Below, one piece after another: positions 33,992-45,689 of a DNA stretch of 64,000 nt. The position numbers and the translations under genes are program-made. The stretch lies in NCBI RefSeq assembly GCF_902713615.1, contig NW_024055843.1:597065-661064 (forward strand), in the 5' to 3' direction. The notes under the pieces were generated by a model. That model searched no databases. It worked only from the letters and a program-made list of their open reading frames with translations, and was not told where the DNA came from. Every line of letters begins with the position of its first letter. Positions within the stretch are counted from its first letter, which is position 1. This DNA is from Scyliorhinus canicula (Eukaryota).

Positions 33992-34528
33992 TGATAATCT
34001 GATACTTTTGCTGTCAGTCTGATCTCAATAAAATTTGAGACGGATTTGCAGGTATCAATTATTGTTTATTTTAACCAGCTAGCTGGGGTGACTCACTCTA
34101 TTGGGAGAGCAGGACACAACCAGTCTCCTGCCTCTTCAACAGCGAGTGAACAAAAAGGACAAAACATTTCTGTACAGACACATTCAAGTTGTCTCAGATT
34201 TCACATACATACGACCAAATAAGGCAACAGTAATGAATGCAAAATTCCCACTGGCTATCCCTATACACTTCTTGACCTGGCCATATATCCTGATTTGCTC
34301 ATTTCACATTCCTCAGCTCTGGGCTCACTTCACATTCTTCAGCCTTTGCGGGGGGGGGGGGGGGGGGGGGGCTTTCACTCAGCATTCTCGTCCTAGCAAT
34401 TACCCATCCTCCCCATCCAAGCCATGCTTTTCCCAGTTCCTTTGTTCCGGCTCCTATACCAGGGTATCCTCTACATTATCCCAACTAATCATCCCATTTT
34501 GTATCACATTCGTTTGTTCAATTCCTCA
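33992..34528 (-). repeat. ERV 5' LTR (537 bp)
   Basis: Colinear with 26126-26655; minus strand runs TGAGGAATTG...TATCA; visibly diverged from the 3' LTR. Confidence 0.88.
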
Positions 34529-34529
34529 G

Positions 34530-35070
34530 GTACACAGACGATGCTGTTAGGGAGGGAGTTCTATGCTTTTGAACCAGGGACAGCAAAAATTCGGCGACAT
34601 ATTTCCAAGTCAGGTTAGTGAGTGATTTGGAGGGGAATTTCCAGTTGGTCATCTTCCCATGTGTCAGCTGCCTTTTCCTTCCTGAAGGAAATGGTCCTGG
34701 GTTTAGAAAGTGTTTCAAAGGAGATTTGCTGAGTTCCTGCAACGCATCTTGTGGATGGTACATTATTGCCTTTGTTCGTCGGTGGCAGACGGAATGAGTG
34801 TTTGCACATAGGGTGACAATCAGTCAGGCTGCTTTGGATGATGTCGAGCTCCTTGAATATTTTTGGAGCTGCACCAGTCAGGCAACTTGAAACTCCTGAC
34901 TTGGGACTTGGGAATTACACTCCTGACTTGGGACTTGAAGATGGTGAACAGGCTTTGGGAGTCAGGAGTGAGTTACTTGCCGCAGGTTTCCAAGACCCTG
35001 ACCAGATCATGTCACCTCAGCATTTATATGGCCAGTCTAGTACGTTTCTGGTTAATCATAACCCCAGGGT
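34530..35070 (-). mobile_element. CR1/L2-superfamily LINE ORF2 fragment
   Basis: Homologous to the plus-strand element at 48260-50130. Confidence 0.65.
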
Positions 35071-35079
35071 ATAGAGTCT

Positions 35080-35507
35080 AGACATAGAACATAGAACAGT
35101 ACAGCACAGAACAGGCCCTTCGGACCTCGATGTTGTGCCGAGCCATGATCACCCTACTCAAACCCACGTATCCACCCTATACCCCCAACAACCCCCCCCC
35201 TTAACCTTACTTTTTTTTAGGACACTACGGGCAATTTAGCATGGCCAATCCACCTAACCCGCACATCTGGTTAGGTTAATGGGGGGATTGTTGGGTTACG
35301 GGTATACGGGTTACGTGGGTTTAAGTAGGGTGATCATTGCTCGGCACAACATCGAGGGCCGAAGGGCCTGTTCTGTGCTGTACTGTTCTATGTTCTATGT
35401 TCTATGTTCTATCTTTGGACTGTGGGAGGAAACCGGAGCACCCGGAGGAAACCCACGCACACACGGGGAGGACGTGCAGACTCCGCACAGACAGTGACCC
35501 AGCCGGG
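35080..35507 (-). mobile_element. Rearranged V-SINE (inverted internal duplication of the tail)
   Basis: Tail at 35080-35270 appears again inverted at about 35270-35410, followed by the V core. Confidence 0.75.
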
Positions 35508-36044
35508 AATTGGGGACAATTGGGGATTCCGTGATAACAATAGCACTGAATATCAAGGAGGAATGGTTAGATTCTATTTTGCTGGAGATGGTCATTGTTT
35601 TGCAATTCCGTGGCGAATATTACGAATTGTCACAATTCACATAGTTAAATAATTATATTTATAAATAAATAAATAATAATTATATCATCAACTCCCAACA
35701 CAAATAGTTATATTCACCAAATATTTTCAGCATTTTCTTTTACAAAATGTAAATGCATTTAAGAGAGGTGGATTTGAGACCAGGAAGAGATCAGCCATGA
35801 TGATTGAATTGCGGAGCAGGCTCAAAGGCTGACTTGCCTATTTCTGCTCCTAATTCCTAAATTCCTATGTTTAACATAATTTATTGAGATTAGATGTAAT
35901 TGAATAGCATTGACCATTCTGTCACCAAGAAGTCACATTGCACCGGAATTCGATGTGAAATGGAATTAAACCGCACTGAGGATAAAAAGCAGCTACCCCA
36001 CAGCCTCTGCGCTGCTTCACAAGCAATTGTCTCATCAGATCAGA

Positions 36045-36365
36045 GGTCGTAGAATTTACAATGCAGAAGGAGGCCATTTGGCCCATAGTCTACACCGGCC
36101 CTTGGAAAGAGCACGCGACTTAACCTCACACCTCCACCCCTTCCCCGTAACCCAGTATCAGGACATAACCTTTTGGACACTAAGGGGCAATTTAACATGG
36201 ACAATCAAACTAACCTGCACATCTTCGGACTGGGGGAGGAAACCGGAGCACCCGGAAGAAACCCACGCAGACACGGGGAGAACGTGCGGACTCCACACAG
36301 ACAGTCACCAAATGCCGGAATTGAACCCAGCACCCTGGAGCTGTGGGGCAGCAGTGCTAACCCCT
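36045..36365 (-). mobile_element. V-SINE with CR1-like tail
   Basis: tRNA head and V core. Confidence 0.85.
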
Positions 36366-36627
36366 GTGTGTGACTCATTCGCATACGTAATCTCCAGACA
36401 CATAACTGGAGTTTGAAATTATTTTTAAAGTGATGGTAGAAATTAAAGTACCTGTATCTAATGTGACGTTAATGAATCTTTAAATCCCAATTTGTTATTA
36501 CACTGTTTTGGAAAGTAATTCAACGTTTGCAGCTGTCCACTGAGTTTCACAGTATTTCTGTTTTTACATTAATGTGTTTTCAGTCTGGTGTCTTCACTAA
36601 TTGGGTAGGGACACCTTGAGTGACTTA

Positions 36628-36948
36628 CATAGAATTTATAGTGCAGAAGGAGGCCATTCGGCCCATCGAGTCTGCACCGGCTCCTGGAAAAAGCACCCCA
36701 CCCAAGGTTAACACCTCCACCCTATCCCCATAACACAGTAACCCCACCCAACACTAAGGGCAATTTATCATGGCCAATCCACCTAACCTGCACATCTTTG
36801 GACTGTGCGAGGAAACCGGAGTACCCGGAGGAAACCCACGCACACACGGGGAGGATGTGCAGACTCCGCACAGACAGTGACCCAAGCCGGAATCGAACCT
36901 GGGACCCTGGAGCTGTGAAGCGATTGTGCTACCACAAAGCTACCGTGC
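36628..36948 (-). mobile_element. V-SINE with CR1-like tail
   Basis: tRNA head and V core. Confidence 0.88.
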
Positions 36949-37397
36949 TGCTTGTTGTACATGAAATGACGATATGCCCACAATATTACAACTATTCCTC
37001 CTCAATGTAATCATGTTCCCGCTTTGTCTTTGAGATGAAGATTCACCATCAGCAGAGACGAATTACCAGCACCGCAGGAATATCTCCAGTTTCCTTCAGC
37101 GATGCCCAGCTCGTCAGTTTCCGATAGTCTGGGGTTAGAATTCCCCCAGAAAAGCTTGAGCCACCGAATGTATTAGACTGACACAAATTATGAAGTACCA
37201 GCTTTAATTTGTGAAGTCGTCAAGTGCTAAATTGAGAATGTAGAACAGCATCTTTCAGGACAATCTATCCATCCATCCATGAACCCCATTCACTAACTCC
37301 TTAATCAAAATATTCAGGGAACCAACCAACACCCATCCCGACATTAAAGTAGTACTCAGTTTATCTTTTCGGTGGATGGTGGGGAAGTGTTAATGTC

Positions 37398-37590
37398 AGG
37401 GGCTGGTTTAGCTCACAAGGCTAAATCGCTGGCTTATAAAGCAGACCAAGCAGACCAGCAGCACGGTTAGATTCCCGTACCAGCCTCCCCGGACAGGCGG
37501 CGGAATGTGGCGACTAGGGGCTTTTCACAGTATCTTCATTGAAGCCTACTCGTGACAATAAGCGATTTTCATTTCATTTCATTTCATTTC
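37398..37590 (+). mobile_element. Short SINE (third family)
   Basis: Same sequence as 20147-20318; (TTTCA)n tail. Confidence 0.88.
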
Positions 37591-38010
37591 ATTGGACCAG
37601 TACTCCAAAGGCCCAGTCTAATTCTCTGGGGACACGGGTGCAAATTCTACGATGGCCGGTGTTGGAATTTGAGTTCAAATAATAAATCTGGAATACATAT
37701 TAATGGTGACTATGAAATCCCCTCTGCTTCACCAATGAAGGAAATCTGACATCCCTCTCTGGTCTCACCTACTAGAGGCTCCAGTCGGGCAGCAACATGT
37801 CTGACTCTCCAGTTCGTTCTGAGCTGGCCCAGCAAATCACTCAGTTCAAGAGCAATTAGGGACAGGGATCACATGGTGGTCTTGTTAGTGAGTCTCAGAT
37901 TCCATGAATGAATAAAGGGGAAAAATATGAATATACATATTTACCTATTACAAAATGTACCCTCTGTGATAATCTACTTGTATTTCTGTCCATCATCACA
38001 ATGGTTTGAG

Positions 38011-38134
38011 TTTCACCTGAGGAAGGAGCAGTGCTCTGAAAGCTCGTGTTTGAAACAAACCTGTTGGACTTTAACCTGATGTTGTCAGACTTCTTACTGT
38101 GCTCACCCAGTCCAACGCCGGCATCTCCACATCA
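38011..38134 (+). mobile_element. Monomeric Penelope pseudo-LTR with hammerhead motif (38013-38048) and 12-bp TSD
   Basis: UCAC-CUGAGGA-A-GGAGC-AGU-GCUCU-GAAA-GC-UC^GUG; TSD CAATGGT(T/G)TGAG at 37999-38010 and 38135-38146. Confidence 0.75.
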
Positions 38135-39238
38135 CAATGGTGTGAGATGTGGGAGAGATCCTCCAGCTTCTGAGAGGGGTCAGAGAAGCTGGATAACTCT
38201 CCTTTCCTTCGAGATGGGAACAGTTCACATAGGTTCACAATTTAAAACATACAATGATCTCCAGTACTGTTGCTGGGTAGATTTGTTTATAAATAGTCCT
38301 CATTGACAATGTTAAGAGTTTGAAGTTGGCTTGCAGCCAAGCGGTCAGCACTGAGGAAACAGATCTTTGGAAACAAAAGCAGATGTTTCCTGTAAACAAC
38401 ATTGAACATTCGAGCCTCCCTGACTGCAGGCGGCTGGATTGCTGCCAAATACTGTGTGGGGCAGATTAACCTGAATATGAATGGATAAAAAATAATTTAT
38501 AAACATTCGGTGGTCAGTAAAAGGAGCTGCAGTAATTTGGATGCTGAAGGATAACTTTGCTGATCGCCGCGTCCGTTCTGATTATTTAACTTCTCTGTCA
38601 AATGTTAATGTCAATTTTATGTTTTTCTGTGAACTCACTGTTTATTTATGAGGCAACCGCTAATGTTCACAGAACTGTCTGAGGCTCAGGGGCAGTTTGA
38701 GATATGCCAGGAGAAATACTGCATCGTATGAGGCCCTTCTTCTTGTCTCCAGAGATACATTGTGCAGTGATAACCACCCAAACTCTAAACAGAATCACTT
38801 TGTTCATTCCCGCATTTAGTTACATAAATCAATAACAATTCCTCTGATAAGTCATACATTATTGCTGCAATGGGATAGAGATCCTGAGTGTTGCAAATCA
38901 GACTGACAGACGCTTTCTGCACTGATAATGTATGTTAATCTGTTTCTGTTCTCCTTATATTGGAGTGCAGAAATGAAGAGATTTAATTTACAATGGAATT
39001 AGCTTTTATCAACAGATGCTCAAATGTAATTTCACCTTTAGGATGAGGAGAGACATTAAAATAAACCCATTCAGACAAACAAATATCCGATACAGACAAA
39101 TGCATATTTTAATAATAGTCTATAGTAAATCTCCGGGTCCATTCTGTTGGGGGTGTGGAAAGTGGGACGTGGACCCAGTCGCCGCCTCCACCAGGGAATC
39201 AACAGGCGGCGCCTGGAAAGCCGCCCCCTTCTGCCGGG

Positions 39239-39246
39239 TATTTAAA
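39239..39246 (+). promoter_or_regulatory. TATA-like box of the VH promoter
   Basis: TATTTAAA about 90-100 nt upstream of the leader ATG, after a GC-rich stretch. Confidence 0.5.
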
Positions 39247-39337
39247 TGCTGCTCACTGGGACCCGAATCCAACAGTCCGGGAGCTGGTTTGTTCACTGAG
39301 TTCCTGACACAACCATTTCCCCCAAATGACCAGAAGG

Positions 39338-39383
39338 ATGAGGTGGGCCATTTCTCTCAGTTTGTTGCTGACTTTCTTATCCC
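39338..39383 (+). CDS. IGHV: IgM VH leader exon (MRWAISLSLLLTFLS)
   Basis: 46-nt phase-1 exon ending C|GTGAGT; resembles shark IgM leaders; in-frame upstream ATG at 39326. Confidence 0.92.
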
Positions 39384-39511
39384 GTGAGTAGTTTTTATTG
39401 TCCAAGTCTCTCTCTGTTACTGTCTCAGTGTTAGTCTCTCTCTGGAATGTTCCAGAGTCACCAATCATTTCACCAGCATTAATCCTCGGGCTTTTTGATA
39501 TATTTTTACAG

Positions 39512-39834
39512 GTGTCCAGTCGCAGGTTGTGTTGATTCAGCCGGAGGAAGAGACCGGGCGTCCCGGAGGCTCCTTAAGCCTGGCCTGTAGAACCAGGGGA
39601 TTCACTCTAGACTACGCCTGGATGAGCTGGATCAGAGACATTCCTGGACATGGGATGGAGTGGTTGGTGAGCTACTTCGATTCATCTGAAAATGATTACG
39701 CCTCAGGGATGCAGAGTCGATTCACAGCATCGAAAGACACTTCAAACAATATCTTCGCTTTGGCCACGAGGAACCTGAAGGTTGAAGACACCGCCATCTA
39801 TTACTGTGTAATATACTACAGCAGTCGTGGGCAG
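39512..39834 (+). CDS. IGHV: IgM VH exon fused to D-like junctional sequence ([12 protein letters not shown]...[12 protein letters not shown])
   Basis: Acceptor TTTTACAG|; open frame with the conserved Cys, Trp and YYC (TGT at 39805-39807); then 27 nt directly up to a 12-RSS. Confidence 0.93.
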
Positions 39835-39862
39835 CACAGCAGTTGCAGTCAATGCAAAAACC
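39835..39862 (+). other. Recombination signal sequence, 12-bp spacer
   Basis: CACAGCA (39835-39841) + GTTGCAGTCAAT (12 nt) + GCAAAAACC (39854-39862). Confidence 0.88.
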
Positions 39863-39880
39863 CCTCAGCGCTAATTGACT

Positions 39881-40243
39881 GAACATAGAACATAGAACAT
39901 AGAACATAGAACAGTACAGCACAGAACAGGCCCTTCGGCCCTCAATGTTGTGCCGAGCCATGATAACCCTACTCAAACCCACGTATCCACCCTATACTCG
40001 TAACCCAACAATCCCACCCTTAACCTTACTTTAATTAGGACACTACGGGCAATTTAGCATGGCCAATCCACCTAACCCGCAAATCTTTGGACTGTGGGAG
40101 GAAACCGGAGCACCCGGAGGAAACCCACGCACACAGGGGGAGGACGTGCAGACTCCACACAGACAGTGACCCAGCCGGGAATCGAACCTGGGACCCTGGA
40201 GCTGTGAAGCATTTATGCTAACCACCATGCTACCCTGCTGCCC
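39881..40243 (-). mobile_element. Full-length V-SINE with (TTCTATG)n tail in the D-J interval
   Basis: tRNA head, V core and tail; possible ACTGAA duplication at the flanks. Confidence 0.92.
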
Positions 40244-40547
40244 CACTGAAGTTGAATCAGTGTTCGCTTTCACTGTCAATCTTTATTTGAAGTACAGTAT
40301 TATATATGTCCAGCACTGCTCAAATAAGAAGAATTAAGAAAATCAGAAAATTAAGTACCCATCACATGGTGATTCAATAATATTTTCATGCGTTACACTG
40401 AAATATACAACATGCGGGCCATGAATGAAGTGCGAACGGCATCCACAAGTGCAATCATAATCTCATGAAAATTCTTTGACGTTACTTCTCCGTTGGTTTT
40501 TGACTATTTATAACAATGGTGGACTTCTGTCGATTTTGTGCAGAGCT

Positions 40548-40586
40548 GGTTACTGTTTGACTCAATCCAGGGAATGTGACACCGTG
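40548..40586 (-). other. JH recombination signal sequence, 23-bp spacer
   Basis: GGTTACTGT (40548-40556) + 23 nt + CACCGTG (40580-40586). Confidence 0.85.
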
Positions 40587-40634
40587 ACTCGATCGACTAC
40601 TGGGGACAAGGCACCATGATGACGGTGATTGCAG
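40587..40634 (+). CDS. IGHJ: JH segment (SIDYWGQGTMMTVIA)
   Basis: WGQG motif; phase-1 donor G|GTAAGA at 40635. Confidence 0.93.
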
Positions 40635-41633
40635 GTAAGAACCATTCAATTATTTCGTAACTGTTTTCTCTGAGTCTTTGTTTTATATTTTTTTCTATTT
40701 TAACATAAATGCGAATGTGGTGGATTCTGTATTGAAATTTCCTTTTGAAACGTTTCCTGTGATTCTTCGGAAAAGGGTTGTAGAGCTGCTGTCACTTGAC
40801 AAAAAGACACTGCTGAGCGATTCAGACCCTGGTTATTGTGGTTTGATGTTTATTTGCTGAGGATACTATGTGGCCGGGTTACTTTAAATACTGCCGTCTG
40901 TTCAAGCGTTTGGCGTTTTTTACGATATTTATTCTGGATGGCATATAATGGCTACAGGTTTTATCATCTACTGCCAAGGGTTTGAAATCTACAGTAACGA
41001 ATTATGTTACTTTCTCTGTTAATTTATTGAACCTGTTCCACTTACTCATAATGCTGATACGATAATTCCATATTTCTGTTAACTTTAACTATTCATTCAC
41101 TTGGTGATAAGTGGATTTGGTGCGTCCTAAATTGAGATTTTCATGTAACATTACGTTTGATTCTGCTGATTGTAGAATTGAGCTCCCTTTTATGTAATAT
41201 GGCTGAGTTCCTCAGTGATGTGATTTTGTGTTTTTCTGCTGGGAGATTTTGTGTCTGGGTGATCTTGAATTGTTAAAATTTGAGAAATAGCTTTGTTATT
41301 CTGCCTTGTTTAAACTCGGTGATACTGAGCGGTTACATCTTTTCTGGTTGAATACAAACAGCCTACGTGTTTGAAACTGCTTAAGGCAGGATTGTTGGCA
41401 GCAAGCAGGCACGTTTCAGAAAATAATAAAATCAACGTCTTTTAGTTCAATGTTTCTATTTTAACTGATGTTCACAGATTCAACTAAATAATGGTTTGTA
41501 ACCCTAAACATAACGTAATTCGTTCCCATATTAACAAAGTAATATTGCAAATGTTAGACGAAAAGTAATATAATTCAAACAATTCTAACTCCATTCGAAC
41601 CAAATATTCTAATGTTAATATCATTAATCATTA

Positions 41634-41820
41634 GGGGATGGTTTAGCTCACTGGGCAAAAGAGCTGGCTTTGGAAGCAGGCCAAGGTAGGCCAGCAGCAC
41701 GGTTCAATTCCCGTACCAGCCTCCCCAGACAGGCGCCGTAATGTGCCGACTGGGGGCTTTTCACAGTAGCTTCATTTGAAGCCCACTTGTGACAATAAGC
41801 GATTTTCGTTTTCATTTCTT
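41634..41820 (+). mobile_element. Short SINE (third family)
   Basis: Homologous to 37398-37590. Confidence 0.85.
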
Positions 41821-43959
41821 CTGATGTGCTCTGTACACAGTTAACATGACAGGAGAAGTTACTAGACTGGAAATATTTTGTGATTATTCCTGAAAGTGTT
41901 TCAACAACAACATGCTGATTACAGCAGTCCTCGGGTTCACAAGATCTATTGAATTGATTGTTTTTCCCCTGATTGCTTTTGCATTCACTTAAATGGCAGT
42001 TTTGCATTTCATTTTGGCAATATATGTATCCAGTTATTATATTCTTTCTGTGCAGCTGCAACAACATGATTCTTCACATCCATTTGTAGTTGGTTAGTGA
42101 GATAATTGTCATTAACCTAATCTTAACCAGTTTTCTGAGAGGTGGACGTCGCTGGTCGTGAAGGAATTGTTCATATGATATTATTTGAATTATAGGAATG
42201 TTCAAACTGCACAGGGCTACAGACTGACAAGTAAAAGCTTGAAATTCAAAGTGATTGATGTAATTACAAAAGGTGAATATTAGCTTTGCAATAAATATTA
42301 ACATCCTGACGAGCAGAGCTGTGCTGTACACAGGATAGAATTATAGGAATTACATATGGCAGAATAGAAGAACAGGTTATTTCTGAGCTCACGCTTATTC
42401 TTGTTAAATATTAAATTGAAGTATAAAATCTCGACTCCATTTGCTCTTTAAGTTTCAGTGTCACATGTGACTTGAATGAACTGTTTCCATGTGTTTTACG
42501 CTGATTAATTAGGATCTCCTTCAATTGAGCAATACTTTTAGTAATTAAGTTACAGGGAATGTCTGAGTTATTAAATCTCGGAAGCACGTTTATTGATCAC
42601 AAACTGTCAGCCCCTTTATTTATTTATATACAGTTTCGAGCTGGGACAGCACAAAATCTCGAGAGTCTTCCTTTAACAAACAGATGATGTTGTACCCCAT
42701 CAACATTTAGTGCTTTGTCAGCCCAGGTGAAAATATTTATAATGTTGCTCTCACAAATTTATTTTGTGATTTACTCTCTGGGAATGGGTGCAATTAACGA
42801 TTTACCAATGTGTTCGGAAACATGCATATTGACTGTGTTTTTAGATTAAAAGAGGGCCATTGAAGTGCAACTAAATAAAATATTAAAATTTGATTAGATT
42901 TATGTAAAAGTAATATATATGACTCAATGTTTCTATCCAGTAATTTAAAGGTTATTGTTTAACATTGTTTAAAATGTAATTAAACCTGGATTATTTCAAA
43001 AGGTTCCAGGCATAAACAGGTTTTGGATTATTGAACAATATTTTTAATTATAGTTATTATAGAGTACAAATCTGCTCATAAGAAAACTAAGTGACTATTA
43101 ATGAGAACATATGATGCAATACAAATGCTAACTTTCAACATTAATGACCTACAGATTAGCAGTCAAAATATTCAAGGATTTAGAGAATATTTAATCATAT
43201 CAAAATTTATTTAGAGAAAACTACAATGCTTTATGAGGCTGAGAGCAGCTCGAAAAGGTATTTTGCCTAGATTTTTATGATGATTATATTTAACTAAGTA
43301 ATTAGATCAAATCAGGTATTCTGTTTTCAGTGTGAATGTTTTGTGGCTTGTTTAATTCTTACCATGTCACGGAATCTATGTTACGCACATTAAACTACCC
43401 TCAATCTTTTATATTTGATGCCCAGTTTTCAAGTCACCGGACAGGGAGGAGAAATGGTTGAATGTCGAAAGGATTTTTGAAATGAGTATCAATTTAATTG
43501 CAAAGAGGTTTCTGAATTGCTCTTGCTGCACGTTAACCATTGATTTTTTTAACTGTCTCTGTGTGGAATGTGAAAGTTTGACTTGGATTTTCACTCGACA
43601 CCTCAGCAATGAGATCCCTAACCCATATTGCCAGAGGCAAAGAGAGAAGGAACGCCAGACAGAATGCAAAAGGAGATTTGTTGATTTTTAACCAATGATA
43701 TATCTGTCTTGGGAATGTTCGACGAGGCAATGTAGAGGAAGAGTTACTCTTATTATATTCCATGCTTTAACAGTCCTTGTGCAATTGAATGGGGCAGTGG
43801 AGAGGAGGAAAAATTGTCTTTCTCTAATTATTAATCCTGTCATGCGATGGAAAAGCGACAGTATGCTGACTGTGCGAATTGCCTCTTGAGAAACTGTTGA
43901 TTTCAAGCAGCCTTGAATTGCTGCAATCCTTGTGTAGTGCCCACAGTGCTGTTAGGGGG

Positions 43960-44450
43960 AGGGGGGGGTTTCCATGATTTTGACCAGCGGTAATTAAGGA
44001 ATGGCAATATTGTTTCAAGGCAGGATGGTGTGTGGCTAGGAAGGAACTTGCAAGTAGTGGGCCTTGTCTTTCTGGGTGGTAGAGGTCATGGGTTTGGATG
44101 GTACGTTCGAAGGAGTTGGGCGAGATGCTGCCACTGTTTGCTTTTGGTGGAGGGAGTGGATATTTAGAAGGTGAATAGGGATGAAAGGGAAAATGCTGGA
44201 AAGTCTCAGCAAGTCTTCAGATTCCAGCATCCGCAGTAATTTGCTTTTATCCAGTGAATAGGGACTAATTTGGCAGGTCCGTTTGTCCTGGACAGTACCG
44301 AATACTTTGAGGTTTTTTAAAATCCAGTTTCATTCATTGAGACAAGTGGAAATGATTTAGTCACAGACCTGACTTGTGGATGGTGAAATGTCTTTGGACG
44401 ATAGGCTGTTTTATTGCTTGTCACGGGATCCCCAACCACCGGGTGGGTCT
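43960..44450 (-). mobile_element. CR1/L2-superfamily LINE fragments
   Basis: Reverse complement resembles the 3' part of 48260-50130; ends approximate. Confidence 0.6.
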
Positions 44451-44504
44451 TGTAGCTACAGCATTTATATCCAAATTTGATTGAACCCTCCCCTGACCAT
44501 ACTT

Positions 44505-44725
44505 TTTTTAAATAAAAATTTAGATTACCCAATTATTTTTTCCAATTAAGGGGCAATTTAGCGTGGCCAATCCACCTACCCTGCACATCTTTGGGTTGTG
44601 GGGGCAAAACCCACACAGACACGGGGAGAATGTGCAAACTCCACACGGACAGTGACCCAGAATCGAACCTGGGACCTCGGCGCCGTGAGGCGGTTGTGCT
44701 AACCACTAGGCCACTGTGCTACCCT
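44505..44725 (-). mobile_element. V-SINE, A-tailed subfamily
   Basis: tRNA head and V core. Confidence 0.9.
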
Positions 44726-45419
44726 CCCTGAGCATACTTGATGGAACGTATAAATGGTGTTTTGTTTTACATCAAACCAATGGTGTATCTCCACCCCTGC
44801 AGCAGGAGACAGGAGATTTGCGTGGAGGAGTGGGAGCTTACCCGGCATCCTAACCTGCCCTATGCCTGGCCTGGGAGTCTTTTCTCCACAGAAAAGCAAA
44901 TTGAATCAGCATCGAACTAACTGGCTGAGAGTTCCTGAGCCAGACATATGGAAATACATTGTTCTACTGTTGGGGGAAATGATGCACAATAATTGATTTT
45001 AACAATATTTTTATAACATGCATCAATTTGAATGAAATAATTACGTTGAAACATTTTGAGTGTCAGAAATCATTGAATGTGAGTGACCTAAACTTCAGCA
45101 CAATTTCAGAATAAACAGGAACAGAAAGTGAGAGTAACGCTCCAGAGAGCAGCCGTCTGCTCTGATCTGACAGGAGGCTGCAAGTTATTTTCACAATTTA
45201 AATGGACAATGATGAACTCCCGCTCCAAATACCAATCAGAATAAACTAATGTCTGAAAATATTGTAATGTTAAATAATTTTTTTTAAATTACCAGTCAGG
45301 AATAAGCAGGATTGAGATCCAATTGACCTACTCGGTCACAACGCAGAGCACAAAGTCAGTGGACTACATTTTTGTGAAAGATTTAAATATTTGTCCAACC
45401 CATGGCGCGCAGAGCTTAT

Positions 45420-45600
45420 TGTGAAATGAAAATTGCTTACTGTCACGAGTAGGCTTCAATGAAGTTACTGTGAAAAACCCCTAGTCGCCACATTCCGGCG
45501 CCTGTCCGGGGAGGCTGGTACGGGAATTGAACCATACTGCTGGCCTGCTTGGTCTGCTTTAAAAGCCAGCGATTTAGCCTGGTGAGCTAAACCAGCCCCT
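45420..45600 (-). mobile_element. Short SINE (third family)
   Basis: Reverse complement of the 37398 copy. Confidence 0.88.
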
Positions 45601-45689
45601 ATTGTGCTCGCTGACTCACCCCACCCACTGTAAGAGTGGGTGAGAGTACATGTAGCGTTTAAGGATGAAGGATACTGAGAATATTGAGA

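Larger units (their letters stand above)
26126..34528 (-). mobile_element. Decayed endogenous retrovirus (LTR-PBS-gag-pol-IN-env-PPT-LTR), probably chimeric
   Basis: Homologous LTRs at both ends, PBS, PPT, RT and integrase motifs; many stops and frameshifts; no matching TSD. Confidence 0.85.

Noticed and set aside
39808-39862. Conventional VH 23-RSS
   Set aside because: A 23-nt spacer before the nonamer gives GTCGTGG as heptamer; only the 12-nt spacing gives a CAC heptamer
40495-40535. Extra D segment or RSS at GGTTTTTGA
   Set aside because: No CACTGTG-like heptamer at 12 or 23 nt spacing
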